Of a stretch of DNA of 64,000 nt, positions 11,403-21,959 are shown in pieces; within the stretch, counting starts at the first letter, position 1, and the number at the start of each line of letters is the position of its first letter. The position numbers were made by a program, and so were the translations under genes. The stretch is from an uncultured Bacilli bacterium (GTDB taxonomy: Bacteria > Bacillota_I > Bacilli_A > RF39 > UBA660), in the NCBI GenBank assembly GCA_944332475.1, contig CALVKA010000002.1:391147-455146 (forward strand), in the 5' to 3' direction. The notes below the pieces were generated by a model. The model made no database searches. It had not been told where the DNA came from and saw only the letters and a program-made list of their open reading frames with translations.

Positions 11403-13259
11403 ATGAAATATGAAGTAATAGTAGTAGGTGGTGGACATGCAGGATGTGAAGCAGCCTTAGCAACCGCTAGACTCGGACATAAAACATTATTAATAACATC
11501 AAATATAAAGAATATAGCTGATATGCCTTGTAATCCATCAATTGGTGGTCCAGCAAAAGGAATTGTTGTAAGAGAAATAGACGCTTTAGGTGGAGAAATG
11601 GGAAAAAATGCCGATAAAGCAGCTCTCCAAACCAAGATGCTAAACACGAAAAAAGGTCCTGCAGTACAAGCATTAAGATTTCAAGCAGACAAAGTCACTT
11701 ATCCCAAGGAAATGTTAAAAACTTTAAGGGCAACAAAAAATTTGGAAATTCAAGAAGCTATGGTAGAAAAACTACTTGTAAACAATCAAAAAATAGAAGG
11801 TGTAGAATTAGAAGACGGCACAAAAATACCATCAACCATTGTAATTTTAACAACAGGTACCTATCTAAAAGCTGTAGTTCTAACAGGATCTACAAAAAAA
11901 TCTAGTGGTCCCCATGGAGAAAAAGAATCAAAATATTTAAGTGATAATCTCCGTGAATTAGGCTTTACAATAAAAAGATTAAAAACAGGAACACCACAAA
12001 GAATCGATAAGAATTCAATAGATTATAGTAAAACAAAAGAAGAAAAAGGAGATGCCGTGGCTCATACTTTTTCCTTTGATAATATAGTATATAGACAACC
12101 AAAAGATCAAATATCATGTCATTTAATTTATACAACCCCAAAAACCCATGAAATTATCAAAGAACATTTAAATGAATCTAGTATGTACGGAGGTTATGTT
12201 GAAGGAATCGGCCCAAGATATTGTCCTTCTATTGAAGATAAAGTAGTACGTTTCAGTGATAAAGAACGTCATCAATTATTTTTAGAGCCAGAAAGTTTAT
12301 ATTATGATGATATTTATTTACAAGGGTTTTCAACAAGTATGCCACATGATGTTCAAGAATTAATGGTTCATAGTTTACCAGGCCTGGAACATGCCAAAAT
12401 TTTAAAATATGGTTATGCTATTGAGTACGATGCTATTGATTCAATGCAACTAAAAAGGTCTTTAGAGACGAAGCTAATTGAAAATTTATATACAGCAGGG
12501 CAAATTAATGGAACAAGTGGATATGAAGAAGCCGCTGGTCAAGGCTTAATAGCAGGAATCAATGCAGCATTAAAATTAGAAGGAAAAAAACCTTTAATAT
12601 TAAAAAGAAATGAATCCTATATTGGAGTATTAATTGATGATTTGGTGACAAAAGGAGTAAAAGATCCATATCGTCTTCTAACTTCTCGTGCAGAATATCG
12701 CTTATTATTAAGAAATGATAATGCAGATTTAAGATTAAGAGAATATGGTTACCAAGTAGGATTAATCTCAAAAGAAAAATATGAAGTTTTTTGTAAGAAA
12801 AAAGAAAATATAAAAAAATTAATAGATCAATTACAAACAACCAGAATAACACCAAAAAAAGAAATCAACGAATATATAGAAAAGATACCATCCCCACCAT
12901 TGAAAGATGGAATATCATTATTTGATTTATTAAAAAGGCCAGAAATTGCATTAGAAAATATAAAACATTTTATAGATATAAGTAGTTACTCAAAAGAAGA
13001 ACAAGAACAAGTAGAAATCAATGCTAAGTATGAAGGATATATTAAAAAAGCAAAAAAAGAAGCAGCAAAGATGTTATCATTAGAAGAAAAAATAATTCCA
13101 GAAAACATTGATTATAATCAAATTCCTAATTTAGCAAGTGAAGCAAGACAAAAACTATGTGAAGTACGTCCAACAACCATTGGCCAAGCATCTAGAATTA
13201 GTGGAGTAAATCCAGCCGATATTTCTATATTAATGGTATATTTAAGAAGGAATAGCTAA
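11403..13259 (+). CDS. mnmG: tRNA uridine 5-carboxymethylaminomethyl modification enzyme MnmG (GidA)
   Basis: FAD-binding VIVVGGGHAGCEAA at the N-terminus. 618 aa. Follows mnmE. Confidence 0.95.
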   Translation: MKYEVIVVGGGHAGCEAALATARLGHKTLLITSNIKNIADMPCNPSIGGPAKGIVVREIDALGGEMGKNADKAALQTKMLNTKKGPAVQALRFQADKVTYPKEMLKTLRATKNLEIQEAMVEKLLVNNQKIEGVELEDGTKIPSTIVILTTGTYLKAVVLTGSTKKSSGPHGEKESKYLSDNLRELGFTIKRLKTGTPQRIDKNSIDYSKTKEEKGDAVAHTFSFDNIVYRQPKDQISCHLIYTTPKTHEIIKEHLNESSMYGGYVEGIGPRYCPSIEDKVVRFSDKERHQLFLEPESLYYDDIYLQGFSTSMPHDVQELMVHSLPGLEHAKILKYGYAIEYDAIDSMQLKRSLETKLIENLYTAGQINGTSGYEEAAGQGLIAGINAALKLEGKKPLILKRNESYIGVLIDDLVTKGVKDPYRLLTSRAEYRLLLRNDNADLRLREYGYQVGLISKEKYEVFCKKKENIKKLIDQLQTTRITPKKEINEYIEKIPSPPLKDGISLFDLLKRPEIALENIKHFIDISSYSKEEQEQVEINAKYEGYIKKAKKEAAKMLSLEEKIIPENIDYNQIPNLASEARQKLCEVRPTTIGQASRISGVNPADISILMVYLRRNS

Positions 13260-13901
13260 ATGAATCAACAAGAATTTATAGAAGAACTAAAAAAATTAGG
13301 AATTTCACCAACAACCAAACAATTAGAATTATTAAATCAATTTTATGAATTATTAATAGAGTGGAACCAAAAGATAAATCTTACAAGAATCACCGAGAAA
13401 GAAGAAGTATATTTAAAACATTTTTATGATAGCCTAACGATTGTAAAAGAAATAGATTTATCAAAGGTATCAACACTATGTGATGTAGGTAGTGGTGCAG
13501 GTTTTCCAGGAATTGTATTAAAAATATTTTATCCAAATTTAAAAGTAACATTAATTGATTCTCTTCAAAAAAGAGTAAACTATTTAAATGAAGTAATGAA
13601 AGCATTAAATTTAACAGATATTCAAGCAATTCATACAAGAGCAGAAGAATATTATGAAACATTTGACATCGTTACGGCAAGAGCCGTAGCTAATATAGAA
13701 AAATTACTAAAGTATACAATGCATTTATTAAATAAAACAGGAAAATTAGTGGCAATGAAAGGAAATATAGATGAAGAGTTGTCTGATGCTGTTCAAAAAA
13801 GGATTCAAAAAAAATATAAAATAATAAAAATAACTAAATTTTATCTTCCAAAAGAAAATAGTCATCGAAGTTTAGTTATTATAAGTAAAAAAGGACAATA
13901 A
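13260..13901 (+). CDS. rsmG: 16S rRNA (guanine527-N7)-methyltransferase RsmG (GidB)
   Basis: SAM-binding DVGSGAGFPGI. 213 aa. Follows mnmG. Confidence 0.9.
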   Translation: MNQQEFIEELKKLGISPTTKQLELLNQFYELLIEWNQKINLTRITEKEEVYLKHFYDSLTIVKEIDLSKVSTLCDVGSGAGFPGIVLKIFYPNLKVTLIDSLQKRVNYLNEVMKALNLTDIQAIHTRAEEYYETFDIVTARAVANIEKLLKYTMHLLNKTGKLVAMKGNIDEELSDAVQKRIQKKYKIIKITKFYLPKENSHRSLVIISKKGQ

Positions 13902-13997
13902 GGTCCTTTTCTTTTTAATATTTCTTGAAAGCATAAAAAAAATAGTCTATAATGATAACATAGGGTTACTATAAAGAATAAAAAGTGAGGGATGGAT

Positions 13998-15497
13998 ATG
14001 CAAGAGCAAAATAAAGATGAAATTGTTTATCTATATTTAGACGACATCATACCAAACAGGTTTCAACCTCGCGAAGTATTCGATGAAAGAGCACTAAAAG
14101 AACTTGCTGTATCAATTAAAGAACATGGTGTCATACAACCAATTATAGTACGAAATGTAAATGGAAAATATGAAATTATTGCAGGAGAAAGAAGATATAA
14201 AGCCTCTGCCATGGCAGGATTAACAAAAATACCAGCAATTATTAGAAATTTAGACGATAAAGAAAGCTCAAAAGTAGCATTACTAGAGAATTTACAACGC
14301 AAAAATTTAAACCCCATTGAAGAAGCAAGAACGTATCAAAAAATATTAGAAATAGATCAGATGACCCAAGAAGAATTAGCAAAGACAATGGGAAAAAGTC
14401 AATCAGCAGTCGCAAATAAAATAAGACTGTTAGGATTATCGGATGAAGTACAAGAGGCACTATTAAAAGAACAAATATCTGAACGGCATGCAAGGACATT
14501 ATTAAATATTCCAGATAAAAAGAAACAAAATGAAATGGTTAAAAAAGTTATTAAAGAAAGAATGACTGTCCGCCAATTAGAAGCAGAAATTAAAAAAATG
14601 TATCCAAGAGAGGAGAAAAAAGAGACTATGAACAATGCTATGCCAAACCCACAATCAACGCCAATAAACCCAACTGCCTTTGTAAATAATAGTCCGTTAA
14701 TGCCAACTGCTGATTTACCAGAGGATACATCGGATTATGGTAAGATTACAATAGCTCCTCCAAGTGATCAAGAAAGTCAAACAGAACATCAACCAAGGTT
14801 TATTAATTATGGTGAAATCAATGATGATGACGATGATGAGGAAGAAAGTCCAGTAGTAGGAGGAGTAAACCCGACGATTAATCCTCAAACAACTCCAAAT
14901 ATTTCAGATATTAAAGCAAATGCAGTAGATATCAATACCCCACAACCAAAACCAAGCGCAGATTTAGACGGTTTGTTAAATATTAATGCTGCACCAATAT
15001 CTAATAATACAGATAATGGCCAAAACTTTAAATTTATAACTCCGGCAGAAGAAATTGTAAAAACAGACGCTAGTAAAGCAACAACAGAAAAAGTCGAGGA
15101 TTATTTTAAAACACCAGATTTAATTCCAGTAGAATTGCCAAATGAAGTACAAACCAAAAATACTAATTCTGTTTCTATCGATGAAATAGAAGAAAAAAAT
15201 AAATCTATGAATATACCACATCCAAGGAAGGAAACCCAACAAAAATCTCAGCACGATTCAAGATTTGAAAACAAGACATTAAATAATACAAACCTTAATA
15301 CAACTTTATTTGGAGAAATACAACAACCAGAATTAAATCAAAAGAAAAACGAACAGTTCACAGTTCAAAAATCAATTGATATGGTTCGTAGCTTAGTAGA
15401 AGAATTACAACGTCACGGGGTAAAGGTAGATATAGACGAAATGAACTTCTCAAAATCATATCAAATTATTATAAAATTAGATAAGACAGCAGATTAA
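13998..15497 (+). CDS. ParB/Noc-family nucleoid-associated protein with a ~250-aa low-complexity insertion
   Basis: N-terminal ParB box and HTH (IIPNRFQPR, GERRYKAS, LLENLQRKNL, QEELAKTMGKSQSAVANKIRLL). The C-terminal ~45 aa (MVRSLVEELQRHGVKVDIDEMNFSKSYQIIIKL) resemble the Noc/Spo0J dimerisation end. Between them is an N/P/T/Q/D-rich tract including DDDDDEEE. Start at the second ATG, which has RBS GAGGG. Confidence 0.7.
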   Translation: MQEQNKDEIVYLYLDDIIPNRFQPREVFDERALKELAVSIKEHGVIQPIIVRNVNGKYEIIAGERRYKASAMAGLTKIPAIIRNLDDKESSKVALLENLQRKNLNPIEEARTYQKILEIDQMTQEELAKTMGKSQSAVANKIRLLGLSDEVQEALLKEQISERHARTLLNIPDKKKQNEMVKKVIKERMTVRQLEAEIKKMYPREEKKETMNNAMPNPQSTPINPTAFVNNSPLMPTADLPEDTSDYGKITIAPPSDQESQTEHQPRFINYGEINDDDDDEEESPVVGGVNPTINPQTTPNISDIKANAVDINTPQPKPSADLDGLLNINAAPISNNTDNGQNFKFITPAEEIVKTDASKATTEKVEDYFKTPDLIPVELPNEVQTKNTNSVSIDEIEEKNKSMNIPHPRKETQQKSQHDSRFENKTLNNTNLNTTLFGEIQQPELNQKKNEQFTVQKSIDMVRSLVEELQRHGVKVDIDEMNFSKSYQIIIKLDKTAD

Positions 15498-15500
15498 GAA

Positions 15501-15526
15501 AGTAGATAAAAATCTACTTTTTTTTC
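15501..15526 (+). terminator. Rho-independent terminator after the noc-like gene
   Basis: AGTAGAT-aaaa-ATCTACT followed by T8. Confidence 0.5.
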
Positions 15527-15595
15527 GAAAAGCATTTAAAAAAGAGTATTTCTTTGATACAATATATTAGTAAAAATGGAAACAGGTGATTAAAC

Positions 15596-16381
15596 ATGGG
15601 AAAGGTGATATCTTTAGTAAATCAAAAAGGTGGAGTAGGAAAAACAACGACTAGTATCAATCTTTCTGCATCATTAGCAGTACTAGGGAAAAAAGTATTA
15701 TTAATCGATTTAGATCCTCAAGGAAACACTACAACAGGTGTAGGGATTAATAAAGGGGATATTGAAAAAAGTGTCTATGATGTTTTAATTGGAGAATGTA
15801 AAATATCAGAGGCAATGATTAAAACGAAATATAAAAATTTATATGTTTTACCAGCAACAATTAACTTAGCAGGATTAGATATAGAATTAGTAGAAAAGAG
15901 CAAACAAGAATCTGGCTTTTTAAAAGGGGAGCAGTTAAAACTGCATTTAATAGATATTAAAGACAGCTTTGATTATATTATTATTGATTGCCCACCTTCA
16001 TTGGGAATTATTACAACAAATGCTTTAACGGCATCAAATTCTGTTATTATTCCAGTCCAATGCGAATTCTTTGCTCTTGAGGGAATTACACAATTATTAA
16101 AGACTATTATGTTAGCTCAAAAAAGTTTAAATCCAACACTAGATATTGAAGGTGTCTTATTAACGATGTTAGATTCAAGAACCAATTTAGGTTTTGAAGT
16201 AGTAGAAGATATTAGAAAGTTCTTTAAAGAAAAAGTATATAACACAATTATTCCAAGATTAGTTCGGTTGACAGAAGCTCCATCTCACGGAGAACCAATT
16301 ATTGCATATGATCCAAAGAGCCGTGGAAGTGAAGCATACTTAAATCTAGCAAAGGAAGTGATTGAAAGAAATGGAAAATAA
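15596..16381 (+). CDS. soj: Chromosome partitioning ATPase ParA/Soj
   Basis: Deviant Walker A KGGVGKTT. 261 aa. Followed by an overlapping parB. Confidence 0.9.
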   Translation: MGKVISLVNQKGGVGKTTTSINLSASLAVLGKKVLLIDLDPQGNTTTGVGINKGDIEKSVYDVLIGECKISEAMIKTKYKNLYVLPATINLAGLDIELVEKSKQESGFLKGEQLKLHLIDIKDSFDYIIIDCPPSLGIITTNALTASNSVIIPVQCEFFALEGITQLLKTIMLAQKSLNPTLDIEGVLLTMLDSRTNLGFEVVEDIRKFFKEKVYNTIIPRLVRLTEAPSHGEPIIAYDPKSRGSEAYLNLAKEVIERNGK

Positions 16382-17258
16382 AAGAAGAGCTTTAGGACGA
16401 GGATTAGAAGAATTATTTTATAATGAACCAATTGCCTACGATAAAATGGAAGAAAAAATCTTAACAGAGACTCCAAAAGAAGAGATTGTAAATGTAAAAA
16501 TCTCAGACTTAAGAAGCAATCCATATCAACCAAGACAAGTTTTTAATGAAGAAGCGCTAAAAGAATTAGCAGACTCTATAAAAGAACATGGAGTATTTCA
16601 ACCAATCATAATTAAAAAAAGTATCAAAGGATATGAAATCATAGCAGGAGAGCGTCGTGTAAAAGCCTCACAAATGGCAGGATTAGAAGAAATACCAGCT
16701 ATCATCAGAGACTTTACAGATGAAGAAATGATGGAAATTGCTCTTTTAGAAAATTTACAAAGAGAAAATTTAAATCCAATGGAAGAATCCCGTGCATATA
16801 AGAAATTAATAGAAGCACTAAATATAACACAAGAAGAATTAGCAAAAAAATTAGGAAAAAGTAGAAGCTATATTACTAACATGATAGGTTTACAAAATTT
16901 ACCTGAGTCTATTCAAACTATGATTACAGAAAACAAAATGACCATGGGTCATGCTAGAGTATTAAGTAAACTAGAAAATGCAACACAACAACAAGAATTA
17001 GCTGATAAAGTAGTTACTGAAGGAATGAGTGTTAGAGAATTAGAAAATATAACTCAATCAAACGAAAAATATATTAGAACACATAAAATACAAAAGAGAA
17101 CAGCAAGAACAAACGAATATCAATATTTAGAAGATGAATTATGTGATAAGCTTGGGACAAAAGTAAAAATTAAATCAAATAAAATTGAAATTTGTTTTGT
17201 CAATGGCAACGATTTAAATAGACTATTAGAAATCATGAATTTAGAGGCAAGGAGGTAA
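16362..17258 (+). CDS. spo0J: Chromosome partitioning protein ParB/Spo0J
   Basis: ParB box GERRVKAS and an HTH domain. 298 aa. Overlaps the soj end. Confidence 0.9.
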   Translation: MKEMENKRRALGRGLEELFYNEPIAYDKMEEKILTETPKEEIVNVKISDLRSNPYQPRQVFNEEALKELADSIKEHGVFQPIIIKKSIKGYEIIAGERRVKASQMAGLEEIPAIIRDFTDEEMMEIALLENLQRENLNPMEESRAYKKLIEALNITQEELAKKLGKSRSYITNMIGLQNLPESIQTMITENKMTMGHARVLSKLENATQQQELADKVVTEGMSVRELENITQSNEKYIRTHKIQKRTARTNEYQYLEDELCDKLGTKVKIKSNKIEICFVNGNDLNRLLEIMNLEARR

Positions 17259-17264
17259 TCCAAA

Positions 17265-18077
17265 TTGCAATTATTTGATAGTATAACAATTGAAATAGAA
17301 CAAATAATTTTTCCAATAGTTTACATTGCTATTGGCTTTGTTGTCTATAAACTCTTAAAAAGATTAGTGAATAAAGTACTACTAAGAACACCAAAGATGA
17401 AAAAACAACACCAGCAAAGAGCAAATACAATTAGAATTATCATTTTAAATATAATAAAATATTCAGTAGTGGTTGTTGTATTGTTAGCAATACTTGCTAA
17501 TTTTGGAGTTAATGTTAAATCAATTGTTGCTGGATTAGGAATCACAACAGCCATAATCGGATTGGCATTTCAAGATTTAGCTAAAGATTTGATCGCAGGA
17601 ATATCAATTATTACAGAAAATCAATTTGAAGTAGGAGATACAATTGAATATGATGGTTTCATGGGTGAGGTTATTTTTCTAGGATTAAAAACAACAAGAA
17701 TCAAAGATTATAGAGGTGCTGTGAAAATAATAGCAAACCATAAATTAGATACGATTATTAACTATAGCTTAAATAATTATCTTGCTATAATTGATGTAGG
17801 AGTTTCATACGATGAAGATCCTGATAAAGTAGCCGAAGCTTTAGAAGAAATTAGACAAGAATTAAACGGAAAAGTACCAAATGCAACTGGAGACATTCAA
17901 GTCTGGGGATTAGATGATTTTGAAGACTCCAATATGCGTTATAGAATAGTTGTTGAAACAAAGTCTATGCAACACTATGGTGCCCAAAGATTTCTACGGA
18001 GTGAATTTAAAAAACGTCTAGAAGAAAGAAATATAAGAGTTTCTTGTCAACAAATAGAGGTGACTCATGGAGAATAA
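17265..18077 (+). CDS. mscS: Small-conductance mechanosensitive channel (MscS family)
   Basis: Three N-terminal TM helices followed by a beta-domain with GDTIEYDGFMGEVIFLGLKTTRIKDYRG, characteristic of MscS. Confidence 0.8.
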   Translation: MQLFDSITIEIEQIIFPIVYIAIGFVVYKLLKRLVNKVLLRTPKMKKQHQQRANTIRIIILNIIKYSVVVVVLLAILANFGVNVKSIVAGLGITTAIIGLAFQDLAKDLIAGISIITENQFEVGDTIEYDGFMGEVIFLGLKTTRIKDYRGAVKIIANHKLDTIINYSLNNYLAIIDVGVSYDEDPDKVAEALEEIRQELNGKVPNATGDIQVWGLDDFEDSNMRYRIVVETKSMQHYGAQRFLRSEFKKRLEERNIRVSCQQIEVTHGE

Positions 18078-18261
18078 TAATTATACTATTGGCACAAAAG
18101 TAATTATGAAAAAGCCCCACCCCTGTGGAACAAACGAATGGATAATTACAAGAGTAGGTGCTGATATTAAAATAAAATGTATAAATTGTGGTAGAACAGT
18201 TTTAATACCTAGAATAGAATTTAATAAGAAATTAAAAAAAATAATTTCTGAGGAAGGATAA
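18067..18261 (+). CDS. DUF951 (YyzM-like) small protein
   Basis: 64 aa with KKPHPCG...CINCG motifs, as in the B. subtilis yyzM family found in this origin-proximal neighbourhood. Overlaps the mscS stop. Confidence 0.6.
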   Translation: MENNNYTIGTKVIMKKPHPCGTNEWIITRVGADIKIKCINCGRTVLIPRIEFNKKLKKIISEEG

Positions 18262-18265
18262 AAAT

Positions 18266-19861
18266 ATGAAAGAAAAACGTAAATTGAAACTCAAAAAATT
18301 TTATTTTCATCCAATTACAGTATTTCTATTTTTAACTTTTTTAACTATTATATTAAGTGGTATTTTATCTGCATTCGAAATGCAAGCAACATATAACACA
18401 GTCAATCCAAATACCAATGAGTTAGAGCCAACACTAGTGGCTGTTAAAAATTTATTTAGTTTTGATGGAATGAAATTTTTAATAGGAGATGCAACAACTA
18501 ACTTTTTAAGTTTTGCTCCCCTAGGAACTTTATTATTAGCACTAATAGGAATTACAATTGCTGAAGCAACTGGCTTTATTGAAACATTATCCAAACGATA
18601 TTTCATAAAAATGCCAAAGGAAGTATTTACATTCATTATTATTTTTGTAGCAACAATATCTTCCCTAATTAACGAAGTGGGTTATGCTATTTTAATTCCT
18701 TTAGCAGCATTAATTTATTTTATAAATGGCAGAAATCCAATTTTAGGAATTATTACAGCGTTCTGTGGTGTTGCATTTGGTTATGGAGTAACTATTTTCG
18801 TAGGTTCCATGGAAGTAGCATTAATGGATTACACAAGAACAGCAGCTTGGTTAATTGATGATAATATGCATATTGCCTTAACATCAAATTTAATCTTTAT
18901 TATTGCAACATCAATTTTAATATCAATTATTGGAACAATAATTATTGAAAAAATTATTGCTCCCAAAATTGGTAAATATAAGAAGGAAGAAGAATTTGCT
19001 AAAACAGAACAATATAGAGTAATCAATCTAGAAGAAGAAGAGCAAAAGAAAATAGAAAAAGATAAATATGAGAAACGAGGAATGCGCTTTGCTCTTATTA
19101 CAGGAATTGTAGTAATCTTGTTATTTGCTTATATGCTAATACCAGGGCTACCTTATTCAGGAATGTTATTAGATATGAATGAAGAAACATATTTAAACCA
19201 ATTATTTGGAGATAATTCCTATTTCCAATCAGGTTTTACATATTTAGTAACACTTTTATTGGTATTTATGGGACTAGCTTATGGAATAGGGGCAAAAACT
19301 ATAAAGAATGATAAAGAATTAATCGAAGAAATTGGTAACAAATTTAGTAAAACCACATATATATTTGTTCTAATTTTTGTAGTTTCCCAGTTTATTTCCG
19401 TATTCAGAGAAACAAATATTGGAATAATTATCACAGCTTGGCTAGCTTCTTTACTAGAGACATTAGAATTTAGTGGTATTCCACTAATCATAGTAACTTT
19501 ATTGATTATTGCACTAGCAAACTTTGTCTTACCAAGTGCAACTACAAAATGGATGATTTTTGCTCCAATTGTAGTACCAATGTTTATGCAATCAAACATA
19601 TCTCCACAATTTGCACAAATTGTAATGAGAATAGGTAATTCTATGACAAATGGATTTACTCCAATTTTAGCATCTTTCGTTATTTATTTAGGATATCTAA
19701 ATATTTATAACTTAAATAAAAACAAGCCTATTACAATTAGAAAATCATTGAAAATGATAACTCCGTATTTTTTAATTATATCAGCAGCTTGGATATTAAT
19801 TGTAGTAGGATGGTATATAACAGGTCTACCAATAGGCCCAGGAGTATATCCAACTTTATAA
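18266..19861 (+). CDS. AbgT-family transporter (p-aminobenzoyl-glutamate / antimetabolite exporter family)
   Basis: 531 aa polytopic membrane protein. The N-terminal region resembles AbgT/MtrF (HPITVFLFLTFLTIILSGILSAF...FAPLGTLLLALIGITIAEATGF). Weak 5-bp-stem terminator at 19861-19880. Confidence 0.65.
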   Translation: MKEKRKLKLKKFYFHPITVFLFLTFLTIILSGILSAFEMQATYNTVNPNTNELEPTLVAVKNLFSFDGMKFLIGDATTNFLSFAPLGTLLLALIGITIAEATGFIETLSKRYFIKMPKEVFTFIIIFVATISSLINEVGYAILIPLAALIYFINGRNPILGIITAFCGVAFGYGVTIFVGSMEVALMDYTRTAAWLIDDNMHIALTSNLIFIIATSILISIIGTIIIEKIIAPKIGKYKKEEEFAKTEQYRVINLEEEEQKKIEKDKYEKRGMRFALITGIVVILLFAYMLIPGLPYSGMLLDMNEETYLNQLFGDNSYFQSGFTYLVTLLLVFMGLAYGIGAKTIKNDKELIEEIGNKFSKTTYIFVLIFVVSQFISVFRETNIGIIITAWLASLLETLEFSGIPLIIVTLLIIALANFVLPSATTKWMIFAPIVVPMFMQSNISPQFAQIVMRIGNSMTNGFTPILASFVIYLGYLNIYNLNKNKPITIRKSLKMITPYFLIISAAWILIVVGWYITGLPIGPGVYPTL

Positions 19862-19969
19862 CACCAATAGGTGTTTTTTCTTGCCTAAATATATAATTTT
19901 ATATATAATACAAACGAATAGAAAAGCACATACAAATATGCTATAATAAAAAAGAAAAGAGGTATAAAT

Positions 19970-21070
19970 ATGAGTTTAACAGCAGGAATTGTAGGATTAC
20001 CAAATGTTGGGAAATCTACACTTTTTAATGCAATTACAAATCAAAAAATATTAGCAGAAAATTATCCTTTTGCTACGATAGAACCAAATGTAGGAGTAGT
20101 AACAGTACCTGATGCTAGAATGGATAAGCTAAAGGAGATGTATAATCCACAAAGATTTATTCCAACAGCATATGAGTTTACAGATATAGCCGGATTAGTA
20201 AAAGGTGCTTCCCAAGGAGAAGGCTTAGGCAATAAATTTTTATCGCATATTAGAGAAGTAGATGCTATTGTAGAAGTAGTAAGGTGTTTCGATGACGGTA
20301 AGATAATCCATGTGGAAGGAAACATTGATCCTATCAGAGATATAGAAACGATTAATCTAGAGTTAGCAATAGCTGATTTAGACGTGATTAACAATAGGTT
20401 GGAAAGAGTATCAAAAAAAGCTAGAACAACAAAAAATAAAGATGATGTAGTAGAAGTAGAAGCATTAGAAAAAGCAAAAAAAGCTTTAGAAGAAAATAAA
20501 GCACTACGCCAAGTAGATTTTACAGATGATGAAAAAAAACTTCTAAAATCATACAGTTTTTTAACATTAAAGCCAATCATTTATTTAGCTAATATTAAAG
20601 AAAGCGAACTAGGAAATTCTGATAATGAATATGTTAAACAAGTCAAAGAATACGCAACGAAAGAAAATGCTAAAGTAGTAAGTCTATGTGCCAAAGTAGA
20701 AGAGGACTTGAGTGAATTAACGAAAGAAGAAAAGCAAGAAATGTTAGAGGCACTAGGATTAGAAGAATCAGGATTGGACCGATTAATTCAAGCAACATAC
20801 GATATTCTTGGGTTAGCAACATATTTTACAGTTGGAAAAGATGAAGTTAGAGCTTGGACATTTAGAAAAGGGATGAACGCCAAACAATGTGCCGGTATCA
20901 TTCATACAGACTTTGAAAAAGGATTTATAAGAGCAGAAGTGATATCTTATGATGATTTAATGAACTATGGTAGCGAATTAAAAGTAAAAGAAGCAGGTAA
21001 GGCAAGACTAGAAGGAAAAGATTATTTAATGCAAGACGGAGATATCTGTCACTTTAGATTTAATGTATAG
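19970..21070 (+). CDS. ychF: Ribosome-binding ATPase YchF (Obg family)
   Basis: G1 GLPNVGKST at the N-terminus and a C-terminal TGS domain. 366 aa. Confidence 0.95.
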   Translation: MSLTAGIVGLPNVGKSTLFNAITNQKILAENYPFATIEPNVGVVTVPDARMDKLKEMYNPQRFIPTAYEFTDIAGLVKGASQGEGLGNKFLSHIREVDAIVEVVRCFDDGKIIHVEGNIDPIRDIETINLELAIADLDVINNRLERVSKKARTTKNKDDVVEVEALEKAKKALEENKALRQVDFTDDEKKLLKSYSFLTLKPIIYLANIKESELGNSDNEYVKQVKEYATKENAKVVSLCAKVEEDLSELTKEEKQEMLEALGLEESGLDRLIQATYDILGLATYFTVGKDEVRAWTFRKGMNAKQCAGIIHTDFEKGFIRAEVISYDDLMNYGSELKVKEAGKARLEGKDYLMQDGDICHFRFNV

Positions 21071-21079
21071 AAGGAAAAA

Positions 21080-21874
21080 ATGAAAAATTATAGATTAGTT
21101 ATATTTGAAACAAATAAAAAAGATGGTTGTATGAGTTTAGCAAAAAAATTTTATCCCGAAGATTACACAGACAAAGAAAGACGAAAAGAGTTTAATAAAG
21201 TAAAAGAAAAAGTAGGAAAAAAATATCATTTTAATGGTAAGCATATCTTACAACCACAACAAAAAGATGTTGAATTAGAAGGCAATTACCCTGATGGTAC
21301 TTATGTTAAAATAACCGAAAATTATTTGACTAAAGAAGATTACTGGGATGAAAAAATACCATGTGACATATTAGTAATAGATACTAAGTTTCCTAATATA
21401 GTAATAGGACATAGAATGGCAGATTGTCCAATAATAATCGCAGAAGATACGAAAAATCAAGTAGTAGCAGTCTCTCATTGCGGAGCCAGTCAAATCAATA
21501 GAGAAGTACCAAAATGGACCATAGAAGCATTGAAAAAGGAAGCACACAGTAATCCCCAAAATATTCATGTCTATATTGGAAGCTGCATAAAAAAGAATAG
21601 TTATCAATATGATTGTTATCCACACTGGGCAACAAATGATAAAGTCTGGAAAGATTGTATTCACGAAGTAAATAATGTATATTACATAGATTTGATTCAT
21701 GCCATAAAAAAACAACTTGATGAAGAAAACATATTAGATAAAAATATAAAAGCAAGTCCCACTGATACCTATCTTTCACCAGATTATTACTCTCATACAG
21801 AAGAAAAAAGAAATCCAAATAGTATAATCGGTCAAAATTTTGTAGGCTGTTTTTATCAAGAAGAAAGTAATTAA
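21080..21874 (+). CDS. Putative YfiH/PgeF (DUF152, LACC1-like) family protein
   Basis: By-eye alignment to E. coli YfiH: MADCPIIIA vs TADCLPVLF; VVAVSHCGAS vs VAAAHAGWRG with the His conserved; IGSCI vs GPAIGP with the Cys; C-terminal DTY...YYSH vs CTY...FFSYRR. The GWRG motif is diverged. Confidence 0.5.
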   Translation: MKNYRLVIFETNKKDGCMSLAKKFYPEDYTDKERRKEFNKVKEKVGKKYHFNGKHILQPQQKDVELEGNYPDGTYVKITENYLTKEDYWDEKIPCDILVIDTKFPNIVIGHRMADCPIIIAEDTKNQVVAVSHCGASQINREVPKWTIEALKKEAHSNPQNIHVYIGSCIKKNSYQYDCYPHWATNDKVWKDCIHEVNNVYYIDLIHAIKKQLDEENILDKNIKASPTDTYLSPDYYSHTEEKRNPNSIIGQNFVGCFYQEESN

Positions 21875-21959
21875 ATACTTTCTTTTTTTCACTTAGTTTC
21901 CACAAAACTTTCATTATTTTGACACATTAATTTCATACAATGAAACAAAGGAGGATTTT

